Below are positions 38,113 through 46,667 of a stretch of DNA of 64,000 bases, one piece after another. The stretch covers positions 625,841-689,840 of the forward strand of contig LBRL01000001.1 of assembly GCA_000991405.1 (NCBI GenBank). Direction: 5' to 3'. Origin of the DNA: Candidatus Nomurabacteria bacterium GW2011_GWD2_36_14. Lineage in GTDB: Bacteria; Patescibacteriota; Minisyncoccia; Phycocordibacterales; UBA9973. The stretch's first letter is position 1. The number at the start of each line of letters is the position of its first letter. Under the pieces are notes generated by a model, which worked only from the letters and a program-made list of their open reading frames with translations, made no database searches and was not told the origin of the DNA. The position numbers and the translations under genes were made by a program.

Positions 38113-39039
38113 TTAATTCAACTTTAATTGTTTGTTTAATTTAACGGATTTGAAAACGAAGTATCCGATTATAGCGAAAGTTAGGAGAGGGGAAACATAT
38201 GAAGGGATATGAACTCCAAATGCGTCTGCCATCATAACTATACCTAGAACGAAGATAGAATACATGGCTCCGTTCTTCAAGAAGGCGTACTTTTTAATTC
38301 GATCTATATTACTGATAGTTAATTTCCTCAATACAAAAGCACCAAGTCCGTTGCCCAGTATGATGAGTGGTACAGAAAGTGTAAAGGCAAAAGCTCCAAG
38401 TACTCCATCTATAGAGAAGGTCATATCTATAATTTCAAGATAAAGTATTTTACTAATATCTGACATCTTGTTGTCGCTTGAGAGAAGTGCTTGCTCTCCT
38501 TTTTCGGCATTCTCTTTGAATCCATGAGTTATGAAAAAGGCTGTTGATCCGACAACTGCTGCAAAAGCTAGCATTGGATTTATCTTAATTGAATGCCATA
38601 CAACTACAGCTAGAATGATAGACACAACAGCAAAGAACCAGACTCCATTCTTCTGGAAAAATCTTTCATGACGTAGTCCGAAGTTCTTTGTTTCAAGGAA
38701 TAGCCAGTGGAAGAAAAGAAAGACAAGGAAAATACCTCCACCTAACAATAGGATAGGGGCAGATTCTTCAATAGCAGTATGAATACTAGGGTCATTGGAA
38801 AAGGTAGCAGTTAATGCCCCGATAGGTCCCAATTCTGGGACAGTTGCCCAAATAATTATCCAAGGAAGAAGTCCTCTTACTACAAATACTGCAAAAAAGA
38901 AACCATAAACAAGAAACCATCTTCTTGCTTTTTTCCCCATAGTACCTAAAACTTCTGCATTAATAACGGCGTTATCGATACTTGAAATAACTTCAAATAA
39001 ACATAATCCTAAAACTGTAAGAATCATTGTGAAAATCAT
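38113..39039 (-). CDS. DUF475 / TerC-like membrane protein
   Basis: EVISSIDNAVINA, LEIIDMTFSIDGVLGAFAF. Confidence 0.9.
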   Translation of the reverse strand: MIFTMILTVLGLCLFEVISSIDNAVINAEVLGTMGKKARRWFLVYGFFFAVFVVRGLLPWIIIWATVPELGPIGALTATFSNDPSIHTAIEESAPILLLGGGIFLVFLFFHWLFLETKNFGLRHERFFQKNGVWFFAVVSIILAVVVWHSIKINPMLAFAAVVGSTAFFITHGFKENAEKGEQALLSSDNKMSDISKILYLEIIDMTFSIDGVLGAFAFTLSVPLIILGNGLGAFVLRKLTISNIDRIKKYAFLKNGAMYSIFVLGIVMMADAFGVHIPSYVSPLLTFAIIGYFVFKSVKLNKQLKLN

Positions 39040-39078
39040 TCTACTATTATATATTAAAAATTGTTATAATAAAAATAT

Positions 39079-39156
39079 ATGAATCCGGAGACGAAAATAT
39101 GTCATCCCGAAGGAAAGAGTACTTTCAATGGGACAGGAAACTGTAAAAATATATGA
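39079..39156 (+). pseudogene. Remnant N-terminus of a Cys-rich paralog with a 33 nt in-frame insertion
   Basis: MNPETKIC[HPEGKSTFNGTG]NCKNI* compared with MNPETRNCQNCK of the 6081 paralog; stop overlaps ATG 39153. Confidence 0.6.
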
Positions 39157-40883
39157 GTGATATGTCTGAAAGTAGAATATGTCAAAATTGTAAGCAAAAT
39201 TTCGTTATCGAGCCTGATGACTTCTCTTTCTATGAGAAGATTAAGGTCCCTCCACCAACCTTTTGTCCAGAGTGTAGAACTATAAGAAGATTATGTTGGC
39301 GTAATGAGATGTCTTTATTTAGAAGGAAATGTGACGTGCCTGGTCATAAAGAAATGCTCATTTCTTTTTATCCACCTGAGGAAAAATTAGTTATTTATGA
39401 TTCTAAATCATGGTGGGGAGATGGTTGGGATGCCCTTTCTTATGGTAGGGAATACGACTTTTCTAAATCATTTTTTGAACAATGGAAGGAATTAAGGGAT
39501 GTTTTCCCGCTTCAACACCTATCAAATTCTAATGCCACCAATAGTGATTACTGTAACATTGCGGAAGATAGTAAGAATAGTTATATGTCATCTGGATCTT
39601 GGAAAATTGAACAAACTCACTATTCTAATAGAATATTTTTTACCAAAGATTCTTCTGATCTATACATAGTTCAAAATTCTGAACTATGTTATGACGATGT
39701 AATGTGTTCGGACTGCTATCATTTAATGTATTCTCTTAATTGTAAGAATTGTGTTGATTCGTATTTCTTGTACGACTGTATAGGGTGCACTGACTGCTTT
39801 GGTTGCAGTAATCTCCGTAATAAATCATACTGTATTTGGAACGAACAATTTTCTAGAGAAGAATATAAGAGTCGTTTGGAAGAGATGAATTTAATGGATT
39901 TTAATGTGATTGAAAAATTTAAATTACATTTCAAAGAAATTTATTTAAAATCAATTCATCGTTTTGCCACTCAGATAAAATGTGTTAATTCGACAGGAGA
40001 GAATCTTAATGGGGTAAAAAATTGTAAATCATGTTTCGATTCTAGTGGTCAAATAGAAGATTCAAAATATGTTCATTGGTCTAAAATGAACTTAAAAGAT
40101 ACTTACGATTCAGGTCCAGGGGTAGGAATGGGGGAGTTGATGTATGAAACATTTGATACAGGAATAGGTAATTTTAGGAATCTTTTCACTAGTGTTGTTT
40201 ATAGTTCGAATGATATTGAGTATTGTTTTAATTGTCATGGAAGTTCTAATCTATTTGGTTGTATTGGTTTAAGAAATAAAAAATATTGTATTTTAAATAA
40301 ACAATATACAAAAGAAGAATATGAAGAATTGGTGATATCGATTAAAAAACAAATGATGGAAGTTCCTTATGTAGATAAAAAGGGGATTGTATACAAATAT
40401 GGTGAGTTCTTTCCAAGTGAACTTTCCCCTTTTTGTTACAATGAAACTCAAGCCCAAGATTATTTTCCAACAACAAGAGAAAAAGCTTTAGAGAATGGGT
40501 ATAGATGGCGAGACAGAAAAAATACTGAATACCAAATAACAATAAAAGCAAAAGATTTGCCTGATAATTTCGATGATAATAAAATTGATATCACTAAAGA
40601 AGTTATAGGTTGTTTGCATGAAGAAAATTGTCAGGATAGATGTAAGGGGGCATATAAAATAATAGAAGATGAACTTAATTTATATAAACGCCTTGGGGTT
40701 CCTCTGCCTAGACTATGCTTCTTTTGTAGGCATGAAAGTAGATTAAGAATGCGAACCCCCATGAAACTTTGGCATAGATCCTGTATGAAAGAAGGCTGTA
40801 CTAATGAATTTGAGACCTCGTATGCTCCAGAGAGGCCAGAGATCGTGTATTGCGAGAAGTGTTATCAACAGGAAGTATATTAA
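39153..40883 (+). CDS. Cys-rich ~570 aa paralog 2
   Basis: Same terminal motifs as 6081..7826. Confidence 0.85.
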   Translation: MSDMSESRICQNCKQNFVIEPDDFSFYEKIKVPPPTFCPECRTIRRLCWRNEMSLFRRKCDVPGHKEMLISFYPPEEKLVIYDSKSWWGDGWDALSYGREYDFSKSFFEQWKELRDVFPLQHLSNSNATNSDYCNIAEDSKNSYMSSGSWKIEQTHYSNRIFFTKDSSDLYIVQNSELCYDDVMCSDCYHLMYSLNCKNCVDSYFLYDCIGCTDCFGCSNLRNKSYCIWNEQFSREEYKSRLEEMNLMDFNVIEKFKLHFKEIYLKSIHRFATQIKCVNSTGENLNGVKNCKSCFDSSGQIEDSKYVHWSKMNLKDTYDSGPGVGMGELMYETFDTGIGNFRNLFTSVVYSSNDIEYCFNCHGSSNLFGCIGLRNKKYCILNKQYTKEEYEELVISIKKQMMEVPYVDKKGIVYKYGEFFPSELSPFCYNETQAQDYFPTTREKALENGYRWRDRKNTEYQITIKAKDLPDNFDDNKIDITKEVIGCLHEENCQDRCKGAYKIIEDELNLYKRLGVPLPRLCFFCRHESRLRMRTPMKLWHRSCMKEGCTNEFETSYAPERPEIVYCEKCYQQEVY

Positions 40884-40886
40884 AAC

Positions 40887-42599
40887 ATGGAATATCAATC
40901 AGAAAATAAAATATGCCAAAACTGCAAGAAAGACTTCACTATCGAGATGGACGACTTTTCTTTCTATGAGAAGATAAAAGTTCCTCCACCAACATTTTGT
41001 CCGGAGTGTAGAATGCAGAGAAGATTTAGTGTTAGAAATGAGAGAAATTTATACAGAAGAGAATGTGGGCTATGTGGAAACAAAATAATTTCTATGTATT
41101 CTCCTGATAAACAATTTCCTGTGTTTTGTACTAGTTGCTGGTGGGGTGATAAATGGGATCCTACAGTAGATGGACAACAGTATGATTTTACAAAGCCGTT
41201 TTTTAAGCAGTTTCGTGAATTATTAAACAAAATACCCCGTCCTTCTCTTATCGTGCCAGATACAAAAAATTGTGACTTTTGTAATCATATGGCTGGTGGA
41301 AAAGACTCATATTTGTGTTTTGGATCTATAAACATAGAAAATTGTTTTTATGGTTCTCCTTATGAATCAAAATATTGTGTTGATACGTATGTATCTAGAG
41401 AATGCGAATATTGTTATGAATCTATAGATTCTGAAAAATTATCACGATGCAAATATTGTCATAATTGTTCTAATTCATTTGATTTAACATATTGTTTTGA
41501 TTGTAAAAATTGCAATGATTGCATAGGTTGTGCTGGTTTAAGAAATAAAAGTTATTTTATTTTTAATAAACAGTACACCAAAGAAGGATATTTAAAAGAA
41601 AAAAGTAAAATATTAGATGGAAGTTATAAAAAGTTAAATGCAATAAAAGAAGAGTTTGAAAATATAAAAATAAAATTACCACGCAAGTTTAGTACCATAT
41701 TATATTCAGATAATGTAAAAGGTGATCATATAGTCCAATCAAAAAATGCTACTTATTGTTTTGATGTTAAGAAAAGCAAGGATATTAAATATTGTAAACA
41801 AGTTATTGAAGCCATAGACGTTCATGATGCAAACTATTGTGAATTTATGGAACTATGTTATGACTACATAGGTTATTGGAAGATTAATAGAGTTCTTTTT
41901 TCTAATATAATTGGAGATTCAAATAATATTAAGTATTCAGATTTTTGTTCTGCTTCTTCAAATTTATTTGGGTGTATAGCACTCCGCTCCAAACAATACT
42001 GCATCCTAAACCGCCAATACACCAAATCCGAATACGAAGAGTTGGTTCCCAAAATCATAAAGCACATGTCCGACATGCCCTACATAGACTCTAAGGGAAG
42101 AGTATACAAATACGGTGAATTCTTCCCATCTGAACTCTCTCCCTTTGCCTACAACGAAACCATAGCTCAAGAATACTATCCATTAACTAAAGAACAAGCC
42201 CTAGAACAAGGATACAAGTGGAAAGACAAGGAAGAACGTAACTATACTATAGATATCCACACAGATGACATCCCTGACTCTATAAATGATACAGAAGACC
42301 AAGATATCCTAAACAAAGTCATTGAATGTTTCCATAAGGGAACCTGTAATCAACAATGCACAGAAGCCTTCAAGATTATCCCCGAAGAACTATCCTTCTA
42401 CCGACGTATGAACCTACCCTTACCTCGTCTCTGTCCTAACTGTCGACACTATGAACGTCTAGCTCAAAGAAACCCTATGAAATTATGGCATCGTTCCTGT
42501 ATGAAAGAGGGATGCACAAATACCTTTGAGACGAGTTATGCTCCTGAGAGACCGGAGATAGTGTATTGTGAGAAGTGTTATCAGGGGGAGGTGTATTAA
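40887..42599 (+). CDS. Cys-rich ~570 aa paralog 3
   Basis: Same terminal motifs; tandem with paralog 2. Confidence 0.85.
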   Translation: MEYQSENKICQNCKKDFTIEMDDFSFYEKIKVPPPTFCPECRMQRRFSVRNERNLYRRECGLCGNKIISMYSPDKQFPVFCTSCWWGDKWDPTVDGQQYDFTKPFFKQFRELLNKIPRPSLIVPDTKNCDFCNHMAGGKDSYLCFGSINIENCFYGSPYESKYCVDTYVSRECEYCYESIDSEKLSRCKYCHNCSNSFDLTYCFDCKNCNDCIGCAGLRNKSYFIFNKQYTKEGYLKEKSKILDGSYKKLNAIKEEFENIKIKLPRKFSTILYSDNVKGDHIVQSKNATYCFDVKKSKDIKYCKQVIEAIDVHDANYCEFMELCYDYIGYWKINRVLFSNIIGDSNNIKYSDFCSASSNLFGCIALRSKQYCILNRQYTKSEYEELVPKIIKHMSDMPYIDSKGRVYKYGEFFPSELSPFAYNETIAQEYYPLTKEQALEQGYKWKDKEERNYTIDIHTDDIPDSINDTEDQDILNKVIECFHKGTCNQQCTEAFKIIPEELSFYRRMNLPLPRLCPNCRHYERLAQRNPMKLWHRSCMKEGCTNTFETSYAPERPEIVYCEKCYQGEVY

Positions 42600-42694
42600 T
42601 TCTCCTCTTGAGGAGTACCCGAAGGGGGAGGTGGAGGATTTAAATTCATCCACCCCGTCTTTTGAGTACAAAATCCACCCCTCAAGAGGGGAAT
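42599..42694. repeat. REP/REPIN-like palindromic element
   Basis: TTCTCCTCTTGAGG...CCTCAAGAGGGGAA outer inverted repeat; inner GGTGGA/TCCACC. Confidence 0.7.
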
Positions 42695-42959
42695 GAATGC
42701 AATAAAATGCAATTTTCGGGGGCTTGTTTAGTTTTAAAAAAGGAAGAATTTTTGTTATGAAAATATCCTTTAATAGTAGTACTCTAAGGGCGACTTTTGG
42801 AGAAAATTTGGAGAACTATTGACTCATTCCCAATATTTTTTTGTAGTGTTTATTTTCTCCCAATACCTCTTGTTATGATACTAAAAGTAAGAGTATAATA
42901 TAAACCCAAAAGCAAAAGTGGGAGACAGGTGAGACATTATTAATTAAAATAAAAAAATT

Positions 42960-45305
42960 ATGGTTGCAAAAAAGAAGGTGCTAAGTCTCAAAAAAAAGAG
43001 TACAAAGGTCGCCCTAAAGAGTGAGGAAGTTTCTGTTGAAAAAAAGTCAGACAAGAATATTTTTATTAAAAGCGTTCTTAAGAGAGATGGAACTACTGTT
43101 CCTTTTGATCTTAATAAGATAACGAATGCTATTAATAAAGCTATGCTTGCAAGCGGGGAAGGTTCTATCAAAGATGCCAATATTGTGGCTGATAAGGTTT
43201 TCAACGAAATAGTCAAAATAGCCAAGAAATATAAGAACTTTATGCCAACTGTGGAGGGCGTTCAGGACACTGTCGAGCAGGAACTTATGCTATCTGACTT
43301 CGTCAAAACTTCTAAGAACTATATTCTTTATCGTGAAGAGCGAGCACGTCTACGATCCCATAGTATAACTGTGCCAGAGCGTGTGAAGAAGCTAAATGAT
43401 GAAAGTAAAAAATATTTTAGAAATCCACTTTCTGAATTCGTTTACTATCGTTCATATGCGAAGTGGATTGAAGAAGAAGGAAGAAGAGAAACATGGATAG
43501 AGACTATCAGCAGATATGTTGAATTCATGAAAGGTAAGCTTGGAGACAAGCTGAAAGAAAGTGAATATGAAGAAGTACGTGAAGCAATCCTCAAGCAAGA
43601 AGCTATGCCTTCCATGAGACTCTTGCAATTTGCTGGTCCTGCTGCCGAGAAGACAAATGTCTGTGCTTACAACTGTTCATTCATAGCCCCATCTAAGTTT
43701 CAAGACTTTGGAGAGATTATTTACATCTCTATGTGTGGAACAGGAGTAGGATTCTCTGTAGAAAGTAAAAATATTCAAGCACTTCCTCAAATAAAAAATC
43801 AATCAGGCAAGAAGCTTCCTACTTTCGTTGTACCAGACACTAAAGAAGGCTGGGCAGATGCATTTGTCCTTGGTATGAAGACTTGGTTTGATGGTAATGA
43901 TATAGAGTTTGACTTCTCACTTTTGCGTCCAGCTGGGGCTCGTCTTAAAATAATGGGAGGTAAGAGTTCTGGCCCTAAACCCTTGATAGATCTACTTGGA
44001 TTTACACGAGACCGCATATTAAGACGCCAAGGTAGACACTTGAGGAATATAGATGCTCACGACATTATCTGTAAGATTGGTGAATGTGTAGTATCTGGTG
44101 GAGTTCGCCGAAGTGCCCTTATATCACTCTCTGACTTAGATGATTCTGAAATGCGTGATGCAAAAAACGGACAATTCTGGCTCAATGAAGGACAACGTAT
44201 GCTTGCGAACAATTCTGCCGTTTACAACGTTAAACCAACAGAAACAGAATTCTTGAAAGAATGGATTGCTCTTATGGAATCAGGAAGTGGAGAGAGAGGC
44301 ATCTTCAACCGCGGATCTCTTTATAAATCTCTTCCAAAGAGAAGAATCGAAAAGTCTGCTGATTTTATAGGGGAGATGGGTACAAATCCTTGTGGAGAGA
44401 TAATTCTAAGATCAAAGCAATTCTGTAACTTATCTGAAGTAGTGGCTAGAGCAGAAGACACTGAAGAATCTCTACTGAGAAAGATTCGCATCGCTACTAT
44501 TATTGGTACATACCAGTCGACGCTTACAAAGTTTGGATACTTATCAAAAGAATGGAAAGATAATTGTGATGCAGAGAAATTACTCGGAGTTTCTGTTACT
44601 GGGCAGTGGGATTCGAAGATTGCTCGCGACCCTGCCATGCTCACTAAACTTCGTCTTGAAGCTATTCGTGTAAACAAGGTATATGCAAAAAGATTTGGTA
44701 TCAATGAGTCTACTTGTATTACCGCTGTGAAGCCTTCTGGGACTGTCTCTCAGACTGTAGACTGTGCTTCAGGAATGCATCCTCGTCATGCGCCTTATTA
44801 TATACGTCGTATTCGTATTTCAGCGACAGACTCACTATTCAAAATGATGAAAGATCAAGGAGTTCCTTACCATCCAGAAGTTGGTCAGACTCTTGATGAG
44901 GCCAATACTTTCGTTCTTGAATTCCCAATGAAAGCTCCAGAGGATGCCATCTGTAAAGACGACATTACTGCTATCGATCAACTAGAACACTGGAAGGTTG
45001 TGAAGGTGAACTATACTGAACACAATCCTTCTGTAACTGTGTCAGTGGGGGAGAATGAATGGATACAAGTGGCACACTGGCTCTACCAGAACTGGGATAT
45101 TGTAGGAGGGCTTTCGTTCCTACCACGAAGCAACCATGTATACCAGCTTGCTCCTTATGAAGCCATAGACGAGAAGACTTACAAGGATCTTGTATCTAAA
45201 ATGCCAGACTTTGACTTCTCAAAGATTGTGACTTATGAGATGAGAGATGAAACCGAAGTAAAGAGAGAGCTGGCTTGCGTTTCTGGTGTTTGTGATATAG
45301 TGTAA
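42960..45305 (+). CDS. nrdJ: Class II (B12-dependent) ribonucleotide reductase with ATP cone
   Basis: ATP cone VLKRDG, AYNCS, GGVRRSALISL, TNPCGEI, VKPSGTVS, C-terminal CVSGVC; no nrdB adjacent. Confidence 0.9.
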   Translation: MVAKKKVLSLKKKSTKVALKSEEVSVEKKSDKNIFIKSVLKRDGTTVPFDLNKITNAINKAMLASGEGSIKDANIVADKVFNEIVKIAKKYKNFMPTVEGVQDTVEQELMLSDFVKTSKNYILYREERARLRSHSITVPERVKKLNDESKKYFRNPLSEFVYYRSYAKWIEEEGRRETWIETISRYVEFMKGKLGDKLKESEYEEVREAILKQEAMPSMRLLQFAGPAAEKTNVCAYNCSFIAPSKFQDFGEIIYISMCGTGVGFSVESKNIQALPQIKNQSGKKLPTFVVPDTKEGWADAFVLGMKTWFDGNDIEFDFSLLRPAGARLKIMGGKSSGPKPLIDLLGFTRDRILRRQGRHLRNIDAHDIICKIGECVVSGGVRRSALISLSDLDDSEMRDAKNGQFWLNEGQRMLANNSAVYNVKPTETEFLKEWIALMESGSGERGIFNRGSLYKSLPKRRIEKSADFIGEMGTNPCGEIILRSKQFCNLSEVVARAEDTEESLLRKIRIATIIGTYQSTLTKFGYLSKEWKDNCDAEKLLGVSVTGQWDSKIARDPAMLTKLRLEAIRVNKVYAKRFGINESTCITAVKPSGTVSQTVDCASGMHPRHAPYYIRRIRISATDSLFKMMKDQGVPYHPEVGQTLDEANTFVLEFPMKAPEDAICKDDITAIDQLEHWKVVKVNYTEHNPSVTVSVGENEWIQVAHWLYQNWDIVGGLSFLPRSNHVYQLAPYEAIDEKTYKDLVSKMPDFDFSKIVTYEMRDETEVKRELACVSGVCDIV

Positions 45306-45321
45306 ATTAAGTTTGAGTTTC

Positions 45322-45395
45322 GCAAGTATATGTAAAATTATTTTCGCTTTACCCTAAAGGGCTCCGACGCGACAAATAATTTTACATATACTTGC
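45322..45395. repeat. Long intergenic palindrome
   Basis: 22 bp perfect arms GCAAGTATATGTAAAATTATTT around a GC-rich centre. Confidence 0.75.
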
Positions 45396-45410
45396 TTCAC
45401 TATCAATAAT

Positions 45411-45941
45411 ATGAAAAAAAGTATTAAATACATAACTGCATTTTTGGCTGTCTTTGCTATCAGGCTCATGCCCTTTCGGGCACCAAACGTAGAGCCACTA
45501 ATGACAGTCATAATGCCATTTGGGAAAGTTTATGGTGGTCTGTATGCATTTGCCTTTGGATTCTTTAGTATTGTATTGTTTGATGCTGTGACTTCAGGGC
45601 TTGGTATTTGGACTCTTGTAACAGCTTTGGCATATGGAGCTTTAGGTCTTGGAGCACAGTACTACTTCAAGAATCGTTCTGGCTGGAAGAATTATGCTAC
45701 ATATGCAGTTATAGCTACGATAGTTTATGACGCTGTTACAGGTCTTACTATTGGACCACTCTTCTTCCGTCAATCATTTATGGTGTCCCTCGTAGGGCAG
45801 ATTCCTTTCACCGCTCTACACTTGCTAGGGAATGTATCTTTTGCTATAGTACTAGCACCTTTGATTGAAAGATGGGTAGTGACCGCCTCTGTTAAAACTA
45901 CGGCGAGTCAAAGAATGAAAGCAAAAGAAGTTTTAGTGTAG
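45411..45941 (+). CDS. ECF transporter S-component, probably cobalamin-specific (CbrT-like)
   Basis: PNVEP motif, about 6 TM helices, context between nrdJ and B12 riboswitch. Confidence 0.75.
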   Translation: MKKSIKYITAFLAVFAIRLMPFRAPNVEPLMTVIMPFGKVYGGLYAFAFGFFSIVLFDAVTSGLGIWTLVTALAYGALGLGAQYYFKNRSGWKNYATYAVIATIVYDAVTGLTIGPLFFRQSFMVSLVGQIPFTALHLLGNVSFAIVLAPLIERWVVTASVKTTASQRMKAKEVLV

Positions 45942-45976
45942 AAAAAATTGTTTTGGTTAGTTAGTTTTTTAAAATT

Positions 45977-46085
45977 TAAACCTATGTATTTGGAAGTGAG
46001 GTGTGATTCCTCTACTGTGCCGCAACGGTAATGCTCGTAAGAGATAAGTCCGATCTTAATACAACGGTGTTTCCCGAGCAGGAGA
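45977..46085 (+). promoter_or_regulatory. Cobalamin riboswitch (short variant)
   Basis: GGAA-GTGAGGTG-TGATTCCTCT-ACTGTGCCGCAACGGTAA...AAGTCCGA core; TGTATT/AATACA closing stem. Confidence 0.85.
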
Positions 46086-46103
46086 AATCTACTATTATTT
46101 TAG

Positions 46104-46136
46104 AGAAAAGCCCCTGCGACAGCAGGGGCTTTTCTT
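46104..46136 (+). terminator. Terminator in the riboswitch expression platform
   Basis: AGAAAAGCCCCTGC-GACA-GCAGGGGCTTTTCT. Confidence 0.85.
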
Positions 46137-46163
46137 GTAATATTTATAAATTTATCAAATCAT

Positions 46164-46664
46164 ATGAAAACAAAAGAACGAAAAATTTTAATAGGAGGCT
46201 TTGTTTTACTTATAATCGTTTTGGTTTTTCTGTTTCTTAATAGGAAGAAAGAAATACCTATCATTGTCCCCTTAGAACAGAATTATACAGAAGAAAAAAT
46301 TGAAACAATAGTTTCAATAAAAAATCAGAAAAACAAAGGTTTAAAAACAGTACAAACTGAAAATAGTATAAAAATTAAGTTTAGTGTTCTAGATAAAAAA
46401 TACGAAGTAGAGACAAGAGAAGGGGCATCGGTATTCGAAATGATGAAAACGCTGGAAGAGAAGAGTACTCCCCCTGATACATTTAGCTTCAAATATAAAG
46501 AAGTTTCAGGGTTGGGAAGTTTTATTACAGAGATAAATGGAGTAAAGGGAGCTCCCGGGGAGTACTGGATGTATTATGTGAACGACAAGCTCGCTTCCAT
46601 CGGAGTCTCACAATATATACTGAAAGAAGGGGATATTATTAGTTGGAAAAATGAAGGGATATAA
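46164..46664 (+). CDS. DUF4430 (transcobalamin C-terminal-like) membrane-anchored protein
   Basis: GSFITEING...YWMYYVN...GVSQYILKEGDIISW. Confidence 0.85.
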   Translation: MKTKERKILIGGFVLLIIVLVFLFLNRKKEIPIIVPLEQNYTEEKIETIVSIKNQKNKGLKTVQTENSIKIKFSVLDKKYEVETREGASVFEMMKTLEEKSTPPDTFSFKYKEVSGLGSFITEINGVKGAPGEYWMYYVNDKLASIGVSQYILKEGDIISWKNEGI

Positions 46665-46667
46665 TTT

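Noticed and set aside
42825-42876. Tandem NrdR boxes upstream of nrdJ (TCCCAATA twice)
   Set aside because: Right halves do not fit the acaCwAtATaTwGtg consensus; too weak to call.
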